Assembly: GCA_963662465.1 (NCBI GenBank)
Contig: OY759599.1
Span: 3,264,001-3,328,000, forward strand
Length of the DNA stretch: 64,000 nucleotides
Reading direction: 5' to 3'
Origin: Desulfatiglandales bacterium
GTDB taxonomy: Bacteria > Desulfobacterota > DSM-4660 > Desulfatiglandales > Desulfatiglandaceae
The notes under the pieces: generated by a model
Database searches by the model: none
What the model was told of the DNA's origin: nothing
What the model saw: only the letters and a program-made list of their open reading frames with translations
Translations under genes and position numbers: made by a program
Shown here: positions 29,458 to 38,408 of the stretch, in pieces
Layout of the letters: each line of letters starts with the position of its first letter
Position numbering within the stretch: the stretch's first letter is position 1

Positions 29458-29641
29458 CACGACCATGGGTGTTTTGGATGCAGATTTGGCATTTTATTGC
29501 CTTTGAGTTATTTAGTTAGAATGAGCAATTTTGAATCAGAGCATTTTCCAGGTTTGGGTTGGTAGTCTTTACTCTTTTTGGCTGGTGTCAGGGTGTGGAG
29601 GGATATTAAAACTGATAATGTTAAAAAAGGGAGGTGTCGTT

Positions 29642-30076
29642 GTGAGAATTAGAAAAATTTTGTTTTGCGGAGCTATTCTTGTATCAGCCATTTTTTCCAT
29701 GTTTTCATTATCGACTGCAGAGAAACGACTAGAATCATTGAACTCTGTGGATTTGATAACGGTTAGTTCATATGTCAAAGATGGCGTCTTGAGCATCAAA
29801 TTTTTTTACAAGAATAGAGATGAGGATAAATATGTTTATTGGAAGGAAGGAACGGTAAGTTGCCAGTGTAAAGTTTATGAAGATGTAGGAAACAAGAAAA
29901 AAAAACAAAAGATTATCGGGATAGATAAGAAATTAAAACGTTACGACCAGAGGTTTTATTTGGATGTCCCTAAGCAGTACCTAAATAAAGGGAAAAAGGC
30001 AATCATTGAATGCTCAGTTAATATTGGATACAAAACATTAAACGTAACCGATGGTGGTGTATCTCTGGATGATTAA
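29642..30076 (+). CDS. hypothetical secreted protein
   Basis: GGAGGT RBS, GTG start, signal peptide. Confidence 0.65.
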   Translation: MRIRKILFCGAILVSAIFSMFSLSTAEKRLESLNSVDLITVSSYVKDGVLSIKFFYKNRDEDKYVYWKEGTVSCQCKVYEDVGNKKKKQKIIGIDKKLKRYDQRFYLDVPKQYLNKGKKAIIECSVNIGYKTLNVTDGGVSLDD

Positions 30077-30111
30077 GGCATTACACAGGTAGTAATTAGG
30101 AGCCCTATAAG

Positions 30112-31278
30112 ATGTATTTATTGAATGGTTTTTTGATTTTGTGCCTGTTGCTGTTTAGCTCATTGGATGGATTTGCAAAAGTATATAAATGGGTCGATAA
30201 AAATGGACAGACCCACATTGCAGATAAAAAGGTTCTCGAGGGTTGTCTCAGAGGCGACTGCATAAATGGAACGGGGACCTATTTTCTTGCTGATGGTCAA
30301 AGATATACGGGTGAATTCGAGAACGGAAAGTTTCATGGGCAAGGAATTGCGACTTTTCCTGATGGTAGCGAATATATGGGTGGGTTCAAGAACGGAATAC
30401 CCCATGGACAAGGAATTTTGACCGATTCTGATGGTAGAAGATATGTGGGTGAGTTCAAAGACGGAAAGTTTGATGGGCAAGGAGCTTTGATCGATACTGA
30501 TGGTACGATACGTAAAACAGGAAAACCACTCCCAAAAAACCCAATTTCTGTTATTGACCGAACTAAAGCAAAAAATGATTTGAAGGAGAGCCTATTAAGA
30601 AAATATGGAGATAGCTATTCTACTATTAAGCTTCTGTTAGATTCAGGGATGAAAGCTTATGAATACCTATGTGAAATACCAAGTAACTCAATTAACAATG
30701 GTATCCTAGCAAAACTAAACAGAGAGTATTACCCAAATTTTTCAACAATCGAAATGTTGTATAAATCAAACATAAAAGCATACTCAGAACTTAATCTCGA
30801 AGAACAAAAAAAAGAGGGAATAGATTCACAACCTCATGTCACAGAAATCACAACGTCAACAGAATATAAAACCATGAGCAAACAACTGTTTAGCGCAGGG
30901 AAATTCGATGAGGCTGAAGTCTTTATGAGCAATAGCATTGAGCTAAACAAAAATGATTTGGAAGCTTATTTTATCCGCGCTGTAATCTATCAAAAACTTA
31001 AAAAGAATAAATTAGCCATTAAAGACATTGATCGATGTGTCGAATTAGAACCAACCAATGGCAAGTACTACCACGATAGAGCCATTTTGCTCATAACAGA
31101 GAACAAATTCCAACTGGCATTTGATGATATCAAGACCGCTGAAAGATTAGGTTACATTGGAGAATTGACAGGAAAAATTAAGAACATAGAAAATGATTTT
31201 AATATGCTTCAAATACGTGCACGTTCCGGTAATAAGAAAGCACAGAGTCTTTTAACCGAAAAGGGGGTTAGCTGGTAG
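30112..31278 (+). CDS. DUF4124 + MORN-repeat + TPR protein
   Basis: VYKWVDKNG; repeats Y.GEF.NGKFHGQG; C-terminal AYFIRAVIYQKL...AIKDIDRCVELEP. Confidence 0.82.
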   Translation: MYLLNGFLILCLLLFSSLDGFAKVYKWVDKNGQTHIADKKVLEGCLRGDCINGTGTYFLADGQRYTGEFENGKFHGQGIATFPDGSEYMGGFKNGIPHGQGILTDSDGRRYVGEFKDGKFDGQGALIDTDGTIRKTGKPLPKNPISVIDRTKAKNDLKESLLRKYGDSYSTIKLLLDSGMKAYEYLCEIPSNSINNGILAKLNREYYPNFSTIEMLYKSNIKAYSELNLEEQKKEGIDSQPHVTEITTSTEYKTMSKQLFSAGKFDEAEVFMSNSIELNKNDLEAYFIRAVIYQKLKKNKLAIKDIDRCVELEPTNGKYYHDRAILLITENKFQLAFDDIKTAERLGYIGELTGKIKNIENDFNMLQIRARSGNKKAQSLLTEKGVSW

Positions 31279-31306
31279 ATACAAAAGCGTTAGAAAACAC
31301 TTCATT

Positions 31307-31392
31307 TCATAACCAAACGCTGCACCAGACGCCTGATACTTCGGCGGTCCCGGCGGGGGCCGGAGGAGGCGCTGGTGAGCTTATCGTTCGCG
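31307..31392 (+). repeat. attC site (86-bp family)
   Basis: TCATAAC-CAAACGCTGCACCAGACGCC...GGCGCTGGTGAGCTTATC-GTTCGCG. Confidence 0.9.
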
Positions 31393-31527
31393 CGCGCCCG
31401 TCACAGTAGCATCTACAAAAGGGAATGAAGAGGTTCAGTCGATAAGCGAAAGTGATGGTAGGAACCTGAACAAACCCTGAACAATGGATTTTGGTTGAAA
31501 TTTTTTTTAATTAATGGAGGAGATGCC

Positions 31528-32799
31528 ATGCTCAGAAAGAAATGCATGGTTTTGATTCTTTTCCTGACCTGTTTTATCGGTTTTCCGATTTTTTCGCACT
31601 CCGCAAATCGGACGGCTCTGGTCATTGGAAATTCCAATTATCGCACGGCACCACTGATTAATCCGGTGAATGACGCACGTGATATCGCGCAAGTACTCAA
31701 ATCTCTGGGCTTTGAAGTGATATGCAAGGTCAACGCGGGGAGGCGGGAAACGGAGGATGCGGTGCAGCAATTTCACCGGAATCTGAACCGCGCACAGGTG
31801 GGCTTTTTTTACTATGCAGGTCATGGGATGCAGATCGACGGGAAGAATTACCTGCTGCCGGTGGATATTCAGGTAAAGTCATCAGCCGACATCAAGTACC
31901 GGGCAACTCAGGTGGATTGGATTCTTTCGAAAATGGAAGATTCTGGGAGCAAGGTCAACATTGTTGTTCTGGATGCATGCCGAAACAATCCTTTTCGCGG
32001 CTTTCGCGGAGCGAACGACGGTCTGGTGCCAATTCAGTCGGTGCGGGGTTCCTTTATTGCCTATGCAACATCGCCCGGATCGGTTGCGCAGGACGGCAGT
32101 GGTCGAAATGGTCTGTATACGTCGCACCTGCTACAAAACATCAAGAAGCCCGGTTTGACGGTGGAAGAAGTGTTCCGGGAAGTCCGAAGGAGCGTCGCTG
32201 AAAAATCGAATTTTAAACAAATCCCCTGGGACAGCTCTTCGCTGATGGGAGCTTTCTACATTGCGGGAGCAGGTGGCGGCAATGACGATGACCGCCGCCG
32301 TTTTGAGGAAGACCAGGCGCGACTGGAAAGACAGCGCCGGGAGTTTGAGCAGGCGAAAGCTGAATTTGAACGGAAGCAACTGGAAGCAAAACAACAAACG
32401 GTGGAAGTGGCAAGCTTACCTCAACGGCCGTCCTATTCACATAAAGAAGATACAGATGAATTACAGTTTCTTAAAAAATTAAAAGGTGTTTGGGAGGGGG
32501 AGGGCAAACAATACAACAATAAGAGTTCCTGGACTATCAAAATGAAAATAGCACCAGACGATTATAAAATTGATTATCCCTCATTAAATTGTGGCGGAAA
32601 TCTTATACTTTTATCCCAAACGAATGACCATATTGAATTTAGAGAAAAATTAACTTATGGCCGAAATCGTTGTACGGATAATGGCAAAATTATTATTTCG
32701 AAGTCTGAGAAACACAAGTTAAAATGGCTATGGTATTATTCAAATGGAAAACTTGGCGCTGATAGTGTGTTAACTAATTCAACGATCAGCGCGCCATGA
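31528..32799 (+). CDS. secreted caspase-like (peptidase C14) protein
   Basis: RTALVIGNSNY, YYAGHG and LDACR dyad; signal peptide; coiled-coil linker. Confidence 0.9.
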   Translation: MLRKKCMVLILFLTCFIGFPIFSHSANRTALVIGNSNYRTAPLINPVNDARDIAQVLKSLGFEVICKVNAGRRETEDAVQQFHRNLNRAQVGFFYYAGHGMQIDGKNYLLPVDIQVKSSADIKYRATQVDWILSKMEDSGSKVNIVVLDACRNNPFRGFRGANDGLVPIQSVRGSFIAYATSPGSVAQDGSGRNGLYTSHLLQNIKKPGLTVEEVFREVRRSVAEKSNFKQIPWDSSSLMGAFYIAGAGGGNDDDRRRFEEDQARLERQRREFEQAKAEFERKQLEAKQQTVEVASLPQRPSYSHKEDTDELQFLKKLKGVWEGEGKQYNNKSSWTIKMKIAPDDYKIDYPSLNCGGNLILLSQTNDHIEFREKLTYGRNRCTDNGKIIISKSEKHKLKWLWYYSNGKLGADSVLTNSTISAP

Positions 32800-32844
32800 G
32801 CGCGGGTCGGCAGCCATGAATTCCAGGGACAGCATGTGGGGGTT

Positions 32845-33029
32845 GGGGTCGGACCAACAAAATGTCGAATTTTCAGCAAGTTGAGTTGTAAAACATGGTG
32901 TTTTTAGCCTTTAGAAGCACCTTTTGGCCCCCAAAACATGCTTCTAAGGATTTAGAGTATCAAAGGATGTCAGGCATACACTAAGGAAAACAGGACATGA
33001 CAGGCGTAGGCCACTTTACGGCTTCATAA
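32845..33029 (+). repeat. ~185-bp non-coding repeat, copy 1
   Basis: Aligns with 42104-42292 (GGGGTCG ... CCTTTTGGCCCCCAAAA ... ATGACAGGCGTAG.CCACTTTACGG.TTCATAA). Confidence 0.8.
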
Positions 33030-33080
33030 GTCGAGATCTGGAATCGAAAAGGAGGCACTGTTCAAATAACCAGTTGGAAT

Positions 33081-33167
33081 CGCGAACCAAACGCTCCACC
33101 GGACCCCTGGACGCGGAGGGGTAATCTCGAAGTCCTGTGCGGGGGGCCGGTGAGCTTGTCGTTCGCG
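33081..33167 (+). repeat. attC site
   Basis: CGCGAAC ... CACCGGACCCC / GGGGCCGGTG ... GTTCGC; same subtype as 50598-50683. Confidence 0.9.
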
Positions 33168-35393
33168 TGCGACGTGATGTCGCGTAAGTAGCTGTTTTGT
33201 ATATCAATATAAACCATATAACAAAACCCTGTTTTCTGCAACAGGTATTCTACCGGGACATGCGTCCGGAGTAATCCGGGGGTGTGAAGCTCTCGGGACA
33301 ATGAAGCCCGCGGAATTTTCCGGGAGAGGAAACCGTGAGGGGACCTCAACTCTGCAAGCATCATGCGGTAAGGGAGCTAGAATTGAGCAGTACGGTTAAC
33401 ACATGTGAATCGCTGCAGCGTCGTCACGAGAACAAGCCTAAGATGCTGAAAGGCTTGGACCAAAAAAGGTACGTGGCCAGGAACGGAGGCTGCGAACTCC
33501 TCCGTCGCGGATGTTGTGCCACCGGCGTAAAGGCGGAACCTAACCTGCTCTGGTACTTACGCGGAACATGGTAAGCCCGTAATCCTCCCCACGGGGAAAG
33601 CGAACCGCAAGGTGAGCCCATGGGGTTGCGGGTAAAGGATGTCAGAAAAAGCGAATGCCTCGTTGTAATGATGGGGATACGGATTGAAGGTGTAACTACC
33701 TACATGATCCGGCTCGAAAGAGAGCAGACTTCTGACCGGTGTTCCATTGCGAGATAATCTGTCGAATCTTTAAACAGGGGAAAGCAAATGACGGTGGCCG
33801 TTTTGGCGACTGGTGCACCTTTGGACGGAACAAACTGGTGGAAATCCATAAACTGGAAAACCGTCGGCGAGCACGTTAGAAGACTGCAGGTGCGTATCGC
33901 AAAGGCTGTGAAGGAAAAGCGATGGGGAAAAGTCAAGGTGATACAGTGGCTTTTGACTCATTCGTTTTATGCCAAGTTGTTGGCTATCAAGCGCGTTACT
34001 TCCAACCGGGGTAAACGCACACCGGGAGTGGATAAAGTCATATGGTCCACCCACATTGACAAAATGCAGGCGGTAAACGACCTGCGCCGAAGAGCCTACC
34101 GACCCAAACCGCTGCGCCGAATTTACATACCCAAGAAAAACGGCAAGAAACGCCCATTGGGCATTCCCACAATGAAGGACAGAGCCATGCAGGCGTTGTA
34201 CAAATTGGCGCTTGATCCGGTGGCGGAAACCACCGCCGATCCGAACTCTTACGGGTTCAGACCCTATCGGGGATGTGCGGATGCCATCGGTCAGTGTTTT
34301 ATTTCTCTGGCCAAGCGCCACTCACCCGTATGGATTCTGGAGGGAGATATAAAGGCCTGTTTTGATGAAATCAGCCATCAATGGATGCTCGAAAATATCC
34401 CTATGGATAAACGGACGCTTCAGAAATGGCTGAAATCCGGTTATGTGGAAGGAGGCAAGCTCTATCCAACTTACAGAGGAACCCCGCAAGGCGGGATTAT
34501 CTCTCCAACATTGGCTAATATGGTCCTGGATGGTCTGGAAGCGGCAGCCAAAAGTACCGCCCCGATAAGAATCCAGGGCAATATACGGTCCAAGATAAAC
34601 GTAATCCGTTACGCTGATGATTTCATCATCACCGGGAATTCCAGAGAGATGCTAAATGAGATCAAGCTGGAAATTGAAGCATTTATGGAGCGAAGAGGAC
34701 TTTCGCTTTCAGCGGAAAAGACGTTGATCACAAGGATAGAAGAAGGATTTGATTTTCTCGGACAGAATCCACGCAAATACCAGGGGAAGCTCTTGATAAA
34801 GCCCTCTCGCAAAAACGTGAAAGCCTTTTTAGGCAATATCCGGCAAACAATCCGAAAGCATGCGGCATCAAGAGCCGACATTCTGATTAAAGTACTCAAT
34901 CCCAAAATCAGGGGGTGGGCCAATTACCACAGGCATGTGGTTTCCGGTAGAACTTTCGGGCTTGTAGATCACCGTATCTACAGCTATATTTGGCAATGGA
35001 TGAGGAGGAAACATTCGGGCAAGAGTAAGAGTTGGCTGGTGGATAAATACTGGTCAAAAGGATCTCGCCCGTGGTCCTTTTCAGCGGTGATCAAGGACGG
35101 CTATGCGAAATCCGCCAGAATTGAACTTGAGAAAGCTTACGACGTCAAGATAAAACGCCATGTCAAAATTCGAGGGGATGCGAACCCCTTCGATCCGAAA
35201 TATGAACAATATTTCAGGAAACGATATGCCCAACGCAGTCAGCAGAAGGCAGACAGGCGTAAAGAGCATAAAACGTCACAACCGGGTAGCCCCGAAAGGG
35301 CTTGCCTTTGGAATGCTTGAGCCGTGTGCGTTTAACGGCGCACGCACGGTTCTTAGAGGGCTGGGGGATGGTGACATCCCCTGGCTACTCGAC
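33167..35393 (+). mobile_element. group II intron 1 (IIB-like, RT-encoding)
   Basis: 5' GTGCG; 34-nt domain V with AGC triad (35319-35352); domain VI ending CTACTCGAC. Removal gives GTTCGCC, exact complement of the cassette's own GGCGAAC (38094). Confidence 0.92.
33788..35320 (+). CDS. ltrA: group II intron reverse transcriptase/maturase, no C-terminal HNH endonuclease
   Basis: N-terminal RLQVRIAKA...TPGVD, RPLGIPT..DRAMQ, GTPQGGIISP.LAN, RYADDF, maturase LNPKIRGWANY; ends shortly after ANPFDP with no CxxC/HNH. Confidence 0.95.
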   Translation: MTVAVLATGAPLDGTNWWKSINWKTVGEHVRRLQVRIAKAVKEKRWGKVKVIQWLLTHSFYAKLLAIKRVTSNRGKRTPGVDKVIWSTHIDKMQAVNDLRRRAYRPKPLRRIYIPKKNGKKRPLGIPTMKDRAMQALYKLALDPVAETTADPNSYGFRPYRGCADAIGQCFISLAKRHSPVWILEGDIKACFDEISHQWMLENIPMDKRTLQKWLKSGYVEGGKLYPTYRGTPQGGIISPTLANMVLDGLEAAAKSTAPIRIQGNIRSKINVIRYADDFIITGNSREMLNEIKLEIEAFMERRGLSLSAEKTLITRIEEGFDFLGQNPRKYQGKLLIKPSRKNVKAFLGNIRQTIRKHAASRADILIKVLNPKIRGWANYHRHVVSGRTFGLVDHRIYSYIWQWMRRKHSGKSKSWLVDKYWSKGSRPWSFSAVIKDGYAKSARIELEKAYDVKIKRHVKIRGDANPFDPKYEQYFRKRYAQRSQQKADRRKEHKTSQPGSPERACLWNA

Positions 35394-35455
35394 CGGAAAG
35401 CGCAGTCAGCGGCAGGTCAAGAGTCGGAAAGCGCAGTCAGCGGCAGGTCAAGAGT
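35394..35455 (+). repeat. 31-bp perfect tandem duplication at the intron 3' junction
   Basis: CGGAAAGCGCAGTCAGCGGCAGGTCAAGAGT at 35394-35424 and 35425-35455. Confidence 0.95.
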
Positions 35456-35876
35456 TCCTTTTGTTGGCTACATTGTCTTTTTGGGAGCCAAAACGAAGCA
35501 GAATGGGAGGCGCTTTTTTGGAGTACGTAAGGCTTATCTCAGGTTTTGGGTATCCCAAAATCTTTGAGGCATCCAAAAGGTACCATATTGTATCCTGAAA
35601 GAATCCGTGAGGATTGACGAAATGGATCATTTGGCTGGTTTTCACTGCCTTGTCGTTTACGGTTTCACTTGGCAAGATGGAATGAGTTGGTGTACTTGAG
35701 CGCCATAATGCACGTTGTTCTTTCCTGCATCAGGTTATCTGGCGAATTAATCGCCTCCTTTTATTCTGTGCTTATGTTTGACAGTCATAGCCAAAACATA
35801 AGAAAACCAAATACCACAAAGTTGGCCGGTTGCCATTGACGTCACTGCGAACATTTATCAAGAGAAAGGAGCAATT

Positions 35877-37910
35877 ATGAGATTGAAAAAGGTCATCATC
35901 AAGATTCGGCAAAGTTCTTATTGGCTTGGTGTACTTGCTTTCGGGTTATTCTTGACAACTTGTTCTTCCGATAGCACTTCCAATTTAAAGCAACAGGATG
36001 AGGATTCGCAACTTGACTCCGTCGCTTTCTTTGGCTGGTCCAATGATAACCAATGGGCATTTACACAGCACGTTCGAGGTGGTGGCACCTTGGGCGAAAC
36101 GCTCATGTCAGGCGAATGGCAGGACGATTGGCAGAGCATGGCCCGTTTCAATACCGCAAGCGGACAGTTTATCATGGGGATGAGGCAAACTGAAACTCTG
36201 CACGGTGAGTGGTTCATTCAGACATTGCTGCCCACCAGTGATCTAGGACGGAGCTCAACCGGTACATTTGAACACTACTATGAAACCCTTGTGGGATTTC
36301 GAGTCCCCGGGGGCGGCACATTTATCTTTGGGCAGACCTCCGGAGATGACAATCGCTGGTTTATCCAGGCCATCAATGAAGACGGAACCCTTGGTGCCAC
36401 AACAGACAGCGGGCACTGGGCTCGTTTTTATGCCAATATCACGCCTGTAATCGTTGGATCCTCCCTCTATCTCTTTGGCCAGTCACAGGATGACGACAAT
36501 CGCTGGTTTCTGCAACATGTTCACCCCGACGGTCATTTGGGGGGCGAGACAGATTCCGGGCACTGGCACCACATTTTTACCACCACGCTCGCCGTTCAAA
36601 AGGACGGCAGGACCTATCTCTTCGGCCAGACCTGCAATGAAGATGAGGACAATGACAAATACTACTGGTTTCTGCAAGAGGTACATTCCAATGGGAAGAT
36701 GGGATCGCAAACCGATGCCGGATACTGGGAGCATTACTATCCAACCATGACGACCTTCGCCACGGGTGGCGAAACCTTTATTTTCGGCCAGACAATGAGT
36801 TCAGAACACCGCTGGTTCATCCAGAAAATCGACAGCGGAGGAAGAATGGGCAGCACAACAGACAGCGGACACTGGCGATATTACTATAATTTTGTATTTC
36901 CATATAGTTTTGAAGGATCATACATGTCGCCGTTGCACTGGATGACCAATGACTGGGACGTCATTAAAGACAGGACTTTGAAGGAACTGTCCTTTCCAGG
37001 CGCTCATGACGCCGGAATGTCTACGCATCAAAAATGCTATTGCGGCAATGCTTGCGATACGGTCGCTCAAACCTCGTCCATCAAAGGTCAGTTGGAAGAC
37101 GGGGCTAGATATTTCGACATTCGGCCCATAAGATATCACCCCACTTCCACAGATTGGGGAACACTTTATACAGGGCATTTTGCTTTGTCAAATAGTATGC
37201 TTTACGGTTGTTGCGGTGTATCATTGGAAGATGTGATTACCGATGTGCGGGATTTTTTAAACAATTCGGACAATGCTCACGAACTGGTCATGTTGAACCT
37301 GTCACACTGCTACGTCTATAACGAGGGTTCGTCTGGCTGTGATTGCGATTACGATACGTTCAGTGATGTGCTCGACATCCTTTCAGACGATCTGAGTGAT
37401 TTTATTTTCAAATGTGACGGATGCAATTTACTGGATCTGAAACTCAGCGATATACTCCCGCAAACAGGAGGAGCTGTTATTGTGTTTGCAACAAAAAGCT
37501 TTGCCGATCCGTCAGCCGGCATTTTTAATGGAAACGGGAGTGAAGGTTTAATCTATAACAACTACTCCCATAGCAATGATCTGGACTATATGGAAAATGA
37601 CCAAAAATCCAAGCTTACCACTAAAGCCAATCATGAAGACAAGCTCTTCTTATTGTCGTTTACTCTGACCCTGTCGAATGATCAGGTTGTGAATTGTGCG
37701 GTGGCTCCCGATATGTCGACCAGCATATTGGATTTGGCCAGTTTGGCGGATCCCAAACTGATCAAAATGCTGGATTCGTGGATGTATTACAGCAAGCCGA
37801 TCACACAAATTTGCTTTCCAAACATCCTATATGTGGATGATTTTCGTCCATTCGCAACCCGGGGTGCAAGGTACATGAACAGCCAGTACGGCAATTTGGA
37901 TCCGTCGTAA
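35877..37910 (+). CDS. lipoprotein with ~49-aa Trp-rich repeats and C-terminal PI-PLC X-domain-like region
   Basis: Lipobox-like LTTC; repeats F.FGQ......WF.Q.....G..G..TD.G.W; PGAHDAGM, GARYFDIRP, PNILYVDDF. Confidence 0.78.
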   Translation: MRLKKVIIKIRQSSYWLGVLAFGLFLTTCSSDSTSNLKQQDEDSQLDSVAFFGWSNDNQWAFTQHVRGGGTLGETLMSGEWQDDWQSMARFNTASGQFIMGMRQTETLHGEWFIQTLLPTSDLGRSSTGTFEHYYETLVGFRVPGGGTFIFGQTSGDDNRWFIQAINEDGTLGATTDSGHWARFYANITPVIVGSSLYLFGQSQDDDNRWFLQHVHPDGHLGGETDSGHWHHIFTTTLAVQKDGRTYLFGQTCNEDEDNDKYYWFLQEVHSNGKMGSQTDAGYWEHYYPTMTTFATGGETFIFGQTMSSEHRWFIQKIDSGGRMGSTTDSGHWRYYYNFVFPYSFEGSYMSPLHWMTNDWDVIKDRTLKELSFPGAHDAGMSTHQKCYCGNACDTVAQTSSIKGQLEDGARYFDIRPIRYHPTSTDWGTLYTGHFALSNSMLYGCCGVSLEDVITDVRDFLNNSDNAHELVMLNLSHCYVYNEGSSGCDCDYDTFSDVLDILSDDLSDFIFKCDGCNLLDLKLSDILPQTGGAVIVFATKSFADPSAGIFNGNGSEGLIYNNYSHSNDLDYMENDQKSKLTTKANHEDKLFLLSFTLTLSNDQVVNCAVAPDMSTSILDLASLADPKLIKMLDSWMYYSKPITQICFPNILYVDDFRPFATRGARYMNSQYGNLDPS

Positions 37911-38093
37911 AGAAAGGGCTTGGAGGTTGGAAGCGCCTGAAATTTGTTGGCATTTTGTGAAAGGTGAAGGCAAAATGCCTACCAAACGCCGAAATCTAAG
38001 CGATATATGGCCCAAAAGAGCCCGTAACCCTTTACCATGAAAATACAATTCATTGATATAGCGAAGACCCTTGCCAGAAATGAAGACGGAGTT

Positions 38094-38179
38094 GGCGAAC
38101 CAAACGCTCCACCAGACGCCTGAAAGTCCTGCAGTCCCAGCGGGGGCCGGTGGAGGCGCTGGTGAGCTCGTCGTTCGCT
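38094..38179 (+). repeat. attC site (86-bp family)
   Basis: GGCGAAC ... GTTCGCT with conserved internal arms. Confidence 0.9.
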
Positions 38180-38408
38180 GCCAATATTCATGGCTGGAAG
38201 GAGGCATGTTTTGAAACGCATACTTGTTTTGTCGGTTCAAGTTGTATGCTTTATCTTCTTACTCGTTTCCACAGCATATGCCCAATCTCAAGCCCCGAGT
38301 ACTAGAAATATTGGTGGTCCCCTTTTTGGAGCGGCAATCGCGGCGTTAATCTGTTATCGAGTACGAAAACGAGCAATAGGTGATTGGCTTTTATATTATT
38401 ATATCCAG

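Noticed and set aside
33788..35320. RT as a retron, DGR or defence RT
   Set aside because: It has a maturase domain and lies within complete group II intron ends; no TR/VR pair or msr-msd seen.
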